Shown here piece by piece: positions 49,619-59,634 of a stretch of DNA of 64,000 nucleotides (position 1 is its first letter; each line of letters begins with the position of its first letter). The DNA lies in assembly GCA_964647565.1 (NCBI GenBank), contig CAZYIM010000006.1, positions 1-64,000 on the forward strand, read 5' to 3'. The notes under the pieces were generated by a model, which searched no databases, had not been told where the DNA came from, and worked only from the letters and a program-made list of their open reading frames with translations. Source of the stretch: an uncultured Methanosarcinales archaeon. GTDB taxonomy: Archaea; Nanobdellota; Nanobdellia; Woesearchaeales; CAZYIM01. The position numbers were made by a program, and so were the translations under genes.

Positions 49619-50271
49619 TACAAGCTGTAATCTTTGACATGGATGGAGTAATTATTGATAGTGAGCCTTTACAGTCACAGGCATGGGAATCTATAATACG
49701 ACAGTACGGTAAGGAGCCTGAACTTAATTCTGCAGGATTGGTACATTTTGTCGGCTTTAGGATCAGGGAAAACTGGGAGATCATCAAGGAAAGGTATGAA
49801 ATAAATGAGGAGATAGAAGCTCTTGAAGAAAAAAGGAGTCAGATCTATCTTATGCTACTAAGAAAGAATATGGCACCTATGCGAGGATTCATGGATCTGA
49901 TTAAAACCTTAAAAGATAAAGGATTAAAACTGGCCATCGCATCTTCATCCCACAGGGATCATGTTGAGACTGTCTTGGATGATCTTGGCATCAGGGAATA
50001 TATTGACGAATTTGTTTCTGGAGACATGGTCAAGAAAGGAAAACCTCATCCAGACATCTATCTTGAGGCAGCCAATAGGCTAGATGTCGAGCCTGAAAAG
50101 TGTGTTGCCCTGGAGGATTCTGAGGTCGGGGTCGAGGCTGCCAAGAATGCAGATATGAAAGTGATTGCAGTACCCAACAAATATACTCGTTCTATGAACT
50201 TTTCAGATGCAGATCTGGTTCTTGAGTCTTTAGAAGATATATATTGGGAGATGATATTGGCGTTAATCTAA
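49615..50271 (+). CDS. HAD-superfamily phosphatase
   Basis: FDMDGVIIDSE, KPHPDIY and EDS motifs. Confidence 0.93.
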   Translation: MIQAVIFDMDGVIIDSEPLQSQAWESIIRQYGKEPELNSAGLVHFVGFRIRENWEIIKERYEINEEIEALEEKRSQIYLMLLRKNMAPMRGFMDLIKTLKDKGLKLAIASSSHRDHVETVLDDLGIREYIDEFVSGDMVKKGKPHPDIYLEAANRLDVEPEKCVALEDSEVGVEAAKNADMKVIAVPNKYTRSMNFSDADLVLESLEDIYWEMILALI

Positions 50272-51344
50272 AGCAGCCTAATCTGATTATTTTTGATTTC
50301 TATCTTTTGTCCAGTTTTCAACATCCTAGTTGCTATCTTGGTGTCTGAGATAAAAGGCTTCTTGAACTCCTTGACCAAAGTATGAATATGCGAAAGGAAG
50401 CCCTCTTCATCAACAATTATAGCTGCCACTTTATCAAGAATAACAGTATATTCAGGAGTTATCATATTGCTGACCAGGATTTCCCCTTTCTTGACTTCTT
50501 TTAATTCAGAAAGTTTGCGTACCAATCTCACTTTTCCAGATATTTCACCCTTGAAACTGGACTTACCAACAAATTTGTTAAGTTTCTCAGCTTTAAATTC
50601 TGTGTCCAGATTTTCATTAAGCATATCCAGTATCGTTTCTATCTTAACTGCATCAGTGGTTTCGTAATGTTTTTGACCATCATACCAAAGCAGGAATTTG
50701 TTTTCTCGTTTTGAAATTGTCTTTTTAATACTCTCACTGAATTTTTTGTTTTTTACTATTTGCATCAATTCTTCAGGCGTTGTAAATTTCAAGGCAATAT
50801 CTTTTTTCTCTTGGCTCAGATCTGTATCGTCTAATATCTTTTTGAGCAACAGCTTCATTTTCTTGAATACAGGATAGCTTCTTACAGAATCTATTTCTTT
50901 TTTATACCTCTTTATAGCTGATGCACGTTCTTTGGAGCTGATTGATGTATCAAGACCCCAGAGTTGCAATGAAAGATGCGGTCCAGCATATCTTCCTAGC
51001 CAGTTATCCAATTCGCATAACGTTTTGGATGCTAAATCAGGATCATTATAATCTTTATTGATTCCATCTTCTAAAAACCTAACAAACTGTTTCAATAGTA
51101 ATGCTGTTCCTTTGAAATCAACATTATGTCTCTTGCTAAAGCTTCTTGCAGTATCTTTTGTCTTGTACCCGGTAATTAATCCGTTTTCTGCATATGTAAT
51201 CATTCCAATCCCGAAAAAGTCATTAGCTTCGATGAATCTTGGTACTAGAAAAAGAGGTATCTGGCCAAGATCCCTTGTGGCGTGTATCCACCAAAGATTG
51301 TTCTTGATGGTTTTCTTAATTGCATCAAACTTGGTTTTTTGCAT
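50268..51344 (-). CDS. Orphan PEP-utilising enzyme mobile (phospho-His) domain protein
   Basis: C-terminal G.VR..GEILV....PEY...AIIVDEEGFLSH...EFKKP; no ATP-grasp domain. Confidence 0.8.
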   Translation of the reverse strand: MQKTKFDAIKKTIKNNLWWIHATRDLGQIPLFLVPRFIEANDFFGIGMITYAENGLITGYKTKDTARSFSKRHNVDFKGTALLLKQFVRFLEDGINKDYNDPDLASKTLCELDNWLGRYAGPHLSLQLWGLDTSISSKERASAIKRYKKEIDSVRSYPVFKKMKLLLKKILDDTDLSQEKKDIALKFTTPEELMQIVKNKKFSESIKKTISKRENKFLLWYDGQKHYETTDAVKIETILDMLNENLDTEFKAEKLNKFVGKSSFKGEISGKVRLVRKLSELKEVKKGEILVSNMITPEYTVILDKVAAIIVDEEGFLSHIHTLVKEFKKPFISDTKIATRMLKTGQKIEIKNNQIRLL

Positions 51345-51361
51345 TTTGGATGATTTTGTTT

Positions 51362-52396
51362 TCAGTGATTAATTAATATATCCTTATACAACGTCTCTTT
51401 TTTGCCTTCTTTGATCTCTTTTAGCATCTCTTCATATCGCTCTTTGTTTGAGGCATTCTTGGGTGACTGTGCAATACATTGTTTGCAAAAGTCGAATACT
51501 GGATTGCCTTTCGAAAATTCATTTATTACTTCTTTTGCTTTATCTGATTGAAGGACGTCCATTAAGGGTTGTTTTGTAACATTACCTATAGCTGTCTTGC
51601 CGTCATAATCCACACAGCACAATGTTACATCTCCATTGGGCAGAATTCCAAAGGACTGGATAAGTGCCCTTTCACAGTAGCCGCTTTGGGCTTGGTCTGG
51701 TTTTAAACCAGGCCAGGTATACTTGCAATGGAGTTCTAGGTAAAGATTCTTATGTATCTGGATCAATCTTAACTGGTCAATATTTCCAACTTGTTTTAAC
51801 TTTTGGAAGAACACCTGCTGGCTGTCAAAAGGGATTTTTAAGTCATTGCAAATCCTGGCCAACAGACTCTCAAAATCATTGTAGCTGCTTGAGTCCTTAA
51901 GAATCTTGTTGTTAAACATCCAGAACCTTAACGAGATGTTTGATTTGCATTTGAATCCAACATTTCTTATGAAGTCAAGAATTTTTTCATAGTACTGATC
52001 AAATGTAATGTCCTTGGCGTGTCTGCGCTCGAAGTTTTTATAGCCGACTGACTGGAACGATATTATAAGGTTAAGTTTGTGGAAATCCATCCTCTTGATC
52101 TCTTCTGCAAATGTCTTGTCCAAGAGAAGTCCGTTGGTACAAAGGCCGAGTTTTAAGTCCTTTGATAATGCATATTCAGTTGCTCCTAGAATTTGAGGGT
52201 ATAATAAAGGCTCGCCCATGTTATGGAAGGTTATGAACTCTACAAGATTGTTTTTTTTAATCTCATCTATCATTCTCTTGAAGAGATCAAAATCCATGTG
52301 CGCTTTTTTTCGTTCCATAACACTGTTTATGCAAAAATCACAATCCATGTTGCAGAAGTTGGTCAGCTCCAGCATAGCAGATTCAAAAGCAGGCAT
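51362..52396 (-). CDS. Radical SAM protein with SPASM/twitch domain
   Basis: CNMDCDFC, GEPLL, C...GDVTLCC.D..IGN and C-terminal CKQC. Confidence 0.92.
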   Translation of the reverse strand: MPAFESAMLELTNFCNMDCDFCINSVMERKKAHMDFDLFKRMIDEIKKNNLVEFITFHNMGEPLLYPQILGATEYALSKDLKLGLCTNGLLLDKTFAEEIKRMDFHKLNLIISFQSVGYKNFERRHAKDITFDQYYEKILDFIRNVGFKCKSNISLRFWMFNNKILKDSSSYNDFESLLARICNDLKIPFDSQQVFFQKLKQVGNIDQLRLIQIHKNLYLELHCKYTWPGLKPDQAQSGYCERALIQSFGILPNGDVTLCCVDYDGKTAIGNVTKQPLMDVLQSDKAKEVINEFSKGNPVFDFCKQCIAQSPKNASNKERYEEMLKEIKEGKKETLYKDILINH

Positions 52397-52440
52397 GATT
52401 TATAGAAAGATGAAATGTTTTTATAATTTGTTAAAAATAA

Positions 52441-54030
52441 TTAGCTTTTAGGAAAATATGTGGTCCTAATCCGTTCAATAGTCTGATTGATCGCCTCAGA
52501 TTTGTAGCCAGATGTTTGGTTTATGGCACTGATGCCATCAAGATAATATGATATGGCTTCCATTTTTCTTGGATTCTTTTTAATCCTTTTTTTGGTACTC
52601 ATCAAATTTTCAAGATCATCTAGTTTTCCTATTAGTTTTCTTTTGCCAACAACAACCACATCATCGACTTCGATAATTCGTCTTGCTGCGTCTCTTTGGA
52701 TCATATAGATATAAGGGCCGCCAGATCCACAAGTATCACCTGCATAGCCCATCTTCCTGGCATGAGAATTATTATCATCGAACAGTACTTCTTCCTTAAA
52801 TCCGAATTTTACTGCCAGCTCTTGTATTTCTCTCTCACCAATACCGATCTTCTTGATTCCATATTTCTTGGCGACATAGATAGCTGAAGCCATAGAATAT
52901 AGTAATTCTTTTCCACGATTTGCATTTGTCCATTCTTTGACTGCGTTCCAGCCAGTATCTCCTCCTTCGACTGCGTCGTAGAACAGGATGGTTTCATCAT
53001 CCTTGGTCTTTGCCAGGTAAAGTCTAGTCTGTACATCTCGCGAAAACTTTTTTAGACTTTTAGGAGTTTCGCTGAACATCATCACGCACGCACCTATATC
53101 AATGTCCTTTTTCTGCCATCGAAGTTTTTTTCTGACATCTCTATCTCTTTTATTGCCAGGGGAAATCCAACAGTTTTCAACTGATGCAAGATCTGTTGCC
53201 AACCTGGCAATAGAATATTTTGGCTTGATGATTCTGACCCTGTATCCTGATTTTACTGTCTGTTGGAATAGTCCTTTCATGGAATCGTCCTGTTCAACTT
53301 CTGCGCCTTTCCGAAACTGGCTTTGCACCCTTTCCCGCGTGTTTTTATTCAGATCTATTCCTTTTTGCATAATAACTGGCTCCAGCTCTTCAATTGCCAT
53401 CTTGTAGAAAATAGTGAACAAACCTCTGATGATCGGTTCGATCTGTCGCGACGTCAAGTAATCTGGTAGACGTTCTAATTTTCTTTTATATTGGTCGCAA
53501 ATTTCTGGATAAGTTAAGGCTCCAGTCTGTATTCTTGGAATAGGCTCAGGAGTTATTTTCTGTGGTTCCGGAGTTATTGTGATTTGTTCAGCTATCTCTG
53601 CAATTGTTTTTGTCTCATCTTTTACTATCTTTTCAGGTTCTTTTTCTTTTTGAGTTATTACGTTCTTTAAAATTTCAGGATTTTTTGGTATATAGTTTAG
53701 ATTTTTAGTAGTATTAAGACATGTTAAATATTCTTTAACTATTGTCTCGTGGTCTTCTTCACTCAGGCCAGGAGCCAAATTAAGATGCTCTTTTATTGTT
53801 TTTTGGGGAGTATGAGAAGGCTCTATTTTCGCCTTTTTTAGAATGGTATAATTTTTATGAAAGTATTTCTTGATGTAAGGCTCAGGCTCTATCTCTTCTT
53901 TAAACTCCTCATCAAATTTAGATAATTTCTCTGGTTCTATAGATTTTGTGATGTTTTTAGAAACAACAGTATCTTCCTTTTTTCCATTCAATAATGCATA
54001 TATCTTCTCTATATCTGTAACTGCTTCCAT
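52441..54030 (-). CDS. Hypothetical protein
   Basis: 529 aa; low-complexity N-terminal half and globular C-terminal half. Confidence 0.75.
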   Translation of the reverse strand: MEAVTDIEKIYALLNGKKEDTVVSKNITKSIEPEKLSKFDEEFKEEIEPEPYIKKYFHKNYTILKKAKIEPSHTPQKTIKEHLNLAPGLSEEDHETIVKEYLTCLNTTKNLNYIPKNPEILKNVITQKEKEPEKIVKDETKTIAEIAEQITITPEPQKITPEPIPRIQTGALTYPEICDQYKRKLERLPDYLTSRQIEPIIRGLFTIFYKMAIEELEPVIMQKGIDLNKNTRERVQSQFRKGAEVEQDDSMKGLFQQTVKSGYRVRIIKPKYSIARLATDLASVENCWISPGNKRDRDVRKKLRWQKKDIDIGACVMMFSETPKSLKKFSRDVQTRLYLAKTKDDETILFYDAVEGGDTGWNAVKEWTNANRGKELLYSMASAIYVAKKYGIKKIGIGEREIQELAVKFGFKEEVLFDDNNSHARKMGYAGDTCGSGGPYIYMIQRDAARRIIEVDDVVVVGKRKLIGKLDDLENLMSTKKRIKKNPRKMEAISYYLDGISAINQTSGYKSEAINQTIERIRTTYFPKS

Positions 54031-54161
54031 CGGTCAAGGAAAACATTTTTTTATTTATAAATCTTTCGGTTTTTAACCACTTAATAGTGGTAAAATTACT
54101 AATATTGAGCACTGGACATCATTAGAAAAGCTTTTTAAAGCTTGTTCAACTTTAATTTTTC

Positions 54162-55352
54162 ATGTCGAATTATTCACATTCTAGGATATCCACATATGAG
54201 ACCTGCCCTTTACAGTTTAAGTTCCAGTATGTTGATAAAACTGAGGTTGAGATCGAGAACACTGTTGAGGCATTCCTTGGAAGCCTGGTGCATGATGTAC
54301 TTGAGAAGCTGTACAAGGATCTGACCTTCCAGAAGATGAACACATTGCAAGATCTGCTCGACCACTTCAACAAGCTCTGGGATGAGCAATGGACAGACAA
54401 TATTTTAATTGTCAGGAAGGAATATACTATTGAAAACTGGAAGAAGATGGGCGAGAAGTATATCACAGATTATTATGAACATTACAAGCCATTTGACCAG
54501 CATAAGACAATCAAGCTAGAGACAGAGGAGTTTGTTGATCTGGACGAATTTAAGTTCCATGTCAGGATCGATCGATTAGTCGATGCAGGAAACGGAGTCT
54601 ATGAGATCCACGATTACAAGACAGCCAGGGACCTACCCTCTCAGGAAAAACTTGACCAGGACAGGCAGTTGGCATTATACTCATTATGGGTGTTCCAAAA
54701 GTACAAGGACGCCAAGAAAGTCATCTTGATCTGGCACTATCTGGCCTTTGACAAGGAAGTGAGTTCCCAAAGGAGCTCAGAGCAGCTCGAGCAATTGAAA
54801 AAAGAGACTCTTGAGACCATAAGGGAAATTGAGAAAGCAACTGACTTTCCTGCAAAACAAAGCGCACTTTGCAGCTGGTGTGTCTTCAAGCAGCTATGTC
54901 CTAAATTCAAGCACCTCTTCAAGACTCAAGAACTGGAAGAAAATGAATATCTTAATGATCCTGGTGTTAAGTTGGTCGATAAATACATAAAGGCGATGGA
55001 TAAGAAAAAAGAGATCAATGACAAGATAGACATAATACTTGATAAGATCAAAGAAGCTATGTTTAGGCTGGGCAAAAAAGAAGGTGTCAGTGTACTCTAT
55101 GGCACGGATCAGCGAGCAACTTTATGGAGCAAGAAAGTCTCTAAGTTTCCCCAGAAGAACACTCTCGAATATATCAAGCTTGTAAAGAAGCTTAAGGAAT
55201 TGAAAAAATTCGATGAAGTGGCCCAGTTAGACAGCTTTGCGCTCAGCAAGATAGTGCAGGACAAGCGATGGACAGCAGATATCCTTAAAGAACTCGAGCC
55301 TTTTGAGACCAAAGAACAACTTGAAAGGATATATGCAGGAAAAAAGAAATAA
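54162..55352 (+). CDS. PD-(D/E)XK (RecB/AddB-like) nuclease
   Basis: YSHS..Y..CP, G..VH, RIDRL, DYKT, QLALY and CSWC....CP motifs. Confidence 0.9.
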   Translation: MSNYSHSRISTYETCPLQFKFQYVDKTEVEIENTVEAFLGSLVHDVLEKLYKDLTFQKMNTLQDLLDHFNKLWDEQWTDNILIVRKEYTIENWKKMGEKYITDYYEHYKPFDQHKTIKLETEEFVDLDEFKFHVRIDRLVDAGNGVYEIHDYKTARDLPSQEKLDQDRQLALYSLWVFQKYKDAKKVILIWHYLAFDKEVSSQRSSEQLEQLKKETLETIREIEKATDFPAKQSALCSWCVFKQLCPKFKHLFKTQELEENEYLNDPGVKLVDKYIKAMDKKKEINDKIDIILDKIKEAMFRLGKKEGVSVLYGTDQRATLWSKKVSKFPQKNTLEYIKLVKKLKELKKFDEVAQLDSFALSKIVQDKRWTADILKELEPFETKEQLERIYAGKKK

Positions 55353-55370
55353 ACCAGAGGTTTACAAAAC

Positions 55371-55673
55371 ATGCCAGCAGCACAATACAAGCAAAAATGT
55401 ATAAGGTGCAGGAAGAATTATGTCCTGGTCACCTGGAGATCCAAGAACAGGATATGTTATGAATGCCTGAAGAAAGAAATGCAAGGGGAGATCAAGGATC
55501 CTAAGATGAAAAAACTCTTTGACCTGCCAGAGCAATATTATATGGACGTTCCTTTCTTATGCAGCATAAGAATCAACTATCTTAGATATGGCAACCTGAC
55601 TGAAAGACAGATCGAGGCTTTCAAGGAAACAGTAAAGAAGTATAAAGAAAAGAAAGCAGGTAACAAAATATAA
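55371..55673 (+). CDS. Hypothetical Zn-ribbon protein
   Basis: CIRC...CYEC; SD-like GAGG upstream. Confidence 0.75.
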   Translation: MPAAQYKQKCIRCRKNYVLVTWRSKNRICYECLKKEMQGEIKDPKMKKLFDLPEQYYMDVPFLCSIRINYLRYGNLTERQIEAFKETVKKYKEKKAGNKI

Positions 55674-55698
55674 AAAGCAGGGCATATCTATATAATAT

Positions 55699-55902
55699 AT
55701 GTCTAAAGATATTGATATTCTTCATACAGCTTTGTTCATGATATTTCTAGATGTAGTTGCTATAGTTATCTATTATCACATCCTTAAATTTGGCTTAGAG
55801 GAACTTTCAATACTGGCCATTGTTGTGGCAGTGATGATCTTAGTAATATTTCTGATATTCAATGTCCACCTTTATGATCGTATGAAGCGGATCAGTCAAT
55901 AG
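55699..55902 (+). CDS. Small 2-TM membrane protein
   Basis: Two hydrophobic helices. Confidence 0.55.
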   Translation: MSKDIDILHTALFMIFLDVVAIVIYYHILKFGLEELSILAIVVAVMILVIFLIFNVHLYDRMKRISQ

Positions 55903-57445
55903 AGCTCAATCTATAGAACCTGTATTTTTTAGCTGTTGCCAACAGCTTGAATTCATAATGGCTTTTCAGATGTTTTTCTATCTTTGCAGATGTTTCGGGC
56001 TGTGCATGCCAAGGTATATCCATATAAAGATATAACGATTCAGGTGCATATCCCTTTTCATGTAAAAGATCGAATTTATGGGGGGTCATAGCTCTCCTAT
56101 GGGTTGTTGAGATAATGATAGCAGGATTGTAGGCAATTACAACAGCCTCCTCAGGGAGCTGGCCTCGTATCTTGACCAATAGCCAGTGTTCAGCTGTGAA
56201 TTGGCTGGCTGTAAATATGAAATTAAAAGTTGGTATCACACTGATCAGTAAAAATATTGCTATGGCAATAGAGAGCATCCACTTTTTCAACTTGATTATC
56301 TTCAATAGATACCGGCAACCTGCCCCCGCAATTAAAATCAGGGGGATATATAATACTAAGCTATATCTAACTGTGTCAGCAGGTTTTCCAATCAAGCTGC
56401 CGATGCTGTAACTCGAGTATAGAATAAGGAAAAAGAAGAAAAATATGAATAATGAACTTAATAATTTCTTATTGGTCTGGAAAAGATTCTTTGCACCAAT
56501 AATAAAAAGAATTGTCAAAGTAATCGGAGTGTATATATAATAGAAGAAAAACAAAAGATTGTGTCCTAGTTGGTTACTTAGGTAACCCAGTCTTTCTGGT
56601 AAAGGATCGTTCCATCCTGGAGAGTGCACTATCTCTTTAGTATAATACAGGGTCAGGATCGATGGGATAATTAATATTAATAAAACAAGGGTAAGCAGGA
56701 TATGCTTAAAGTTCAACAACCTTATACGCTTGGGTTTACAAAGCAATATATAGATAAAAAAACAAGGGATGAATAAGAGGTTCTCAGGTCTGATATAGCT
56801 CAGATATAGTAAAGAGGTAAGGAACAACAGCAGACTTTTCAGTTGTCTAGAGCTGAAATAATATTCAAGGAACAAGAAAGTTAATAAGAAAAAAAATATT
56901 GAGAATATTCCAGTGGATGTTGTACCTGAGAATTTCAGATGTACCGGAAGCACGGCTAACATCAGGCTACCAATTAGTGCTGAATTTGTATCCTTTAATA
57001 AAAGGTACAACAATAAGAATATCAACAAGATAGACAGGCTTCCTATCACCGCATTGGTCATGAAAGCTGTATTCTCTGAGTCTCCAAATACTCCTAAAGT
57101 CATGCTCAAAACAGTATGATATCCTGGTGGCCAGGGTGTCAATGAACAACTGTTGCAATCTATATTCGAACCATCCAGACATCCACAGGCACTACCTGAG
57201 TAAAGTATATTCTGGGCAATGTTGATGTGTTCAAACTCATCGAAATATATATGGTGGGTGTGAGGAATTACAAATATTCTTAACAACAAGGCAAAAAGGA
57301 ATATGAAAAATAGCAGGATCCATGTGTTCTTGGTTATTTTCTTAAAAGGCTTAATCAGAATCTTGAAGTTGAGCACTATAAGCAGTGCTATTATTATTAG
57401 AATTACTCTCATGAAGACCGGATAAAACCCAATTAGGAAGTCCAC
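55892..57445 (-). CDS. GT-C fold membrane glycosyltransferase (ArnT/PMT-like)
   Basis: LLR...FDE..H..A first-loop motif, PPGY and RY; many TM helices. Confidence 0.85.
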   Translation of the reverse strand: MDFLIGFYPVFMRVILIIIALLIVLNFKILIKPFKKITKNTWILLFFIFLFALLLRIFVIPHTHHIYFDEFEHINIAQNILYSGSACGCLDGSNIDCNSCSLTPWPPGYHTVLSMTLGVFGDSENTAFMTNAVIGSLSILLIFLLLYLLLKDTNSALIGSLMLAVLPVHLKFSGTTSTGIFSIFFFLLTFLFLEYYFSSRQLKSLLLFLTSLLYLSYIRPENLLFIPCFFIYILLCKPKRIRLLNFKHILLTLVLLILIIPSILTLYYTKEIVHSPGWNDPLPERLGYLSNQLGHNLLFFFYYIYTPITLTILFIIGAKNLFQTNKKLLSSLFIFFFFFLILYSSYSIGSLIGKPADTVRYSLVLYIPLILIAGAGCRYLLKIIKLKKWMLSIAIAIFLLISVIPTFNFIFTASQFTAEHWLLVKIRGQLPEEAVVIAYNPAIIISTTHRRAMTPHKFDLLHEKGYAPESLYLYMDIPWHAQPETSAKIEKHLKSHYEFKLLATAKKYRFYRLSSID

Positions 57446-57539
57446 AAAGGATTTAGTCTCTCTGACTATAAAAATGTTACTTCAATAATAAAAAAACTTA
57501 AAAGATACAATAGGTTAACCATTTCTAAATAGTAAAAAA

Positions 57540-58493
57540 ATGACCAACATATATTATCCGCATTCCCAGACAGTATGTCATCACACATATAACAGAGGAG
57601 GCTGCTATTTTTGCGGTTTTAGATTGCAGAAAAGAAGTCTGTCTAAAGAGCCTGTTACAGACAAAGAGCAGATCAAGCACTTCAACCGGTTTGTCACAGA
57701 TAAGAAAAACAGGGAAGACATTGAAAAAAAAGGCAGGCTTGTGATTGCACCTAATGGGAGCTGGTTTGTTCAAGTACCATTTAAGTTAAGGGAACAGGTC
57801 TATGAATTTATTGAGAAGAAAGGTGTGCCTCTGCTACAATACGAAACTAGGGCAACCTTGTTCAATGATGTGAAAGCTGCCAAAGAATTTGAGATCATGT
57901 ATAGTGGTCTCATCAGGACTGAGGCAGTACCAGAGATGGCTAATAAATCATTAATGTATCTGGTTGAATCAAGGCAAGAGATTGATAAGAATCATGTGGT
58001 TGCTTTTGGACTGGAAGTTGCTAACAATAGAGATCTTAGGAAATTGAACAAGGGATGTGAACTCGATGATTATATCCATGCCGCAAATCACATTCATGGA
58101 AGAGGTGCCAGGGCGTGTGCAAATATTCTGTTAAAGCCACCGCGTATTTTGAGAGCTGAAAGAAAAGCACTTCAGACAGCTAAATATGCAGCAGAGGTCC
58201 TGAAAGTTGAAGAAATACTGATACAACCCTGCATCCCAATGCTTGGCACTCCTGCCATCGAAGATTGGCGAGAAGGAAAATGGAACCCGATAAGTCCTTC
58301 AGCAGCCTCCCAGATTTACAGGGAGATAAAGGAAAAGTATCCCAATATTATCTATCAATATATCGATCTTGGTACCAGGAATTTTTCAGGTAGGAAAGGC
58401 AAGTTCAAACGAGACCATCTTTGGACAGATGAAGAGAAAAACAAAGAAAGGGAAAGGGTTAAGAGGATTGCTAGAAGGGTGTTCAAGAAATGA
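57540..58493 (+). CDS. RaSEA-like (archaeosine biosynthesis family) radical SAM protein
   Basis: C-X8-CYFC, YETR, GLEVAN...LNKG, ILLKPP and GT....WREG.W.P motifs. Confidence 0.75.
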   Translation: MTNIYYPHSQTVCHHTYNRGGCYFCGFRLQKRSLSKEPVTDKEQIKHFNRFVTDKKNREDIEKKGRLVIAPNGSWFVQVPFKLREQVYEFIEKKGVPLLQYETRATLFNDVKAAKEFEIMYSGLIRTEAVPEMANKSLMYLVESRQEIDKNHVVAFGLEVANNRDLRKLNKGCELDDYIHAANHIHGRGARACANILLKPPRILRAERKALQTAKYAAEVLKVEEILIQPCIPMLGTPAIEDWREGKWNPISPSAASQIYREIKEKYPNIIYQYIDLGTRNFSGRKGKFKRDHLWTDEEKNKERERVKRIARRVFKK

Positions 58494-59050
58494 AACTCTT
58501 TAACGATCCATTCTATCATATCTGCATAAGTCTTGCGACATTCAGTAAGAGCGAAACTGAAAGATACGGCAGTTTCCTGATTGATAAGAACAGGTTCATC
58601 TATGGCATGGGATTCAACAGGGCCATCCACCACCCTAAGTTCCACTTACAGAGGGTCATCAACATGGGTTATGCCAATCATGCTGAGATTGAGGCGATGG
58701 ATCAGGGAATACGGCTGGGTGCTTCTCCTGATGACTGTGATATCTACGTTGCAGGTTATTTTCCCAAAGCACACAATGGTTTTAATGGAAAGAACAGGTT
58801 GCTGTTGAAAGATGATGCCTGGTTCACATGCGATAGATGCCCACCTATAATGAAAAAGTGGGGGATAAACAAAGTATATGTGCCAACACTTAATGGATGG
58901 CAAGGCCTAACAATTGATGAATCGATGGAATGTGGAAAATCATTCTCCAAGGGTAAACATGAAAAGAGGATTGCGGCTGTCAGCACAGAATATACCATCG
59001 ATGTGCTAGCTGGCAAGTTGTTTACAAAAGAAGAACTGGGGGTAAAATGA
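58490..59050 (+). CDS. Zn-dependent cytidine/deoxycytidylate deaminase family protein
   Basis: G.N, NHAE and TCDRC motifs. Confidence 0.85.
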   Translation: MKLFNDPFYHICISLATFSKSETERYGSFLIDKNRFIYGMGFNRAIHHPKFHLQRVINMGYANHAEIEAMDQGIRLGASPDDCDIYVAGYFPKAHNGFNGKNRLLLKDDAWFTCDRCPPIMKKWGINKVYVPTLNGWQGLTIDESMECGKSFSKGKHEKRIAAVSTEYTIDVLAGKLFTKEELGVK

Positions 59051-59595
59051 TTACACAAATAGATCCTGGGATTATTCAGTACAACAAGAAGATACAGGAA
59101 TGGTGCAAGCTGCCCTATCCCAAACACCCCAATGGTTGTCCTAATTATGGATCTGAAAGATCTTTAAGAGGTATAAGAAAAGATCTACAGGAAAGAGTGA
59201 TAAGGGAGTGCCCTCCTGTTGACCGACTAATAGATGATATTTTTGATTTCACTCAAAATGTAGCTATTATATACAAGACATATCCTGTTGGCCTGGATGC
59301 CGAAAAAAGAAGGATTTCCAATCCAAAACTCAAGACACCCGGCGATTGGTATAACTTCAGGTATTGGCAGGACAGGGCCCGAAAAGAACTTTATGCAGAG
59401 GTGGCAAATTATTTAGATAGGGACGAAAGTACCATTGTTGATCTCTGCCCAGAAGCGCATGGCGTTAATCTTGTCAAACTTATGAGACAGGTTTGTGTCA
59501 AGTTGGATTTTGGGAAGTGGCCCCCCGAACATAATCTAGACAATATCGAGTACCAGATTGCTATGGGCGGATATGCTCCAAAGAAAAAGAACTAA
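59047..59595 (+). CDS. Cys-rich predicted metal-binding protein (DUF2284-like)
   Basis: WC..Y..HP.GCPNYG...CPP and PEAHGVN motifs. Confidence 0.65.
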   Translation: MITQIDPGIIQYNKKIQEWCKLPYPKHPNGCPNYGSERSLRGIRKDLQERVIRECPPVDRLIDDIFDFTQNVAIIYKTYPVGLDAEKRRISNPKLKTPGDWYNFRYWQDRARKELYAEVANYLDRDESTIVDLCPEAHGVNLVKLMRQVCVKLDFGKWPPEHNLDNIEYQIAMGGYAPKKKN

Positions 59596-59634
59596 TAAAT
59601 AGATTTATAAAAAAGTTTCTTCAGAAAGTTCTAT

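Noticed and set aside
54162..55352. Cas4 / CRISPR adaptation gene
   Set aside because: It is a solo RecB-like nuclease with a long C-terminal extension; there is no cas1, cas2 or array.
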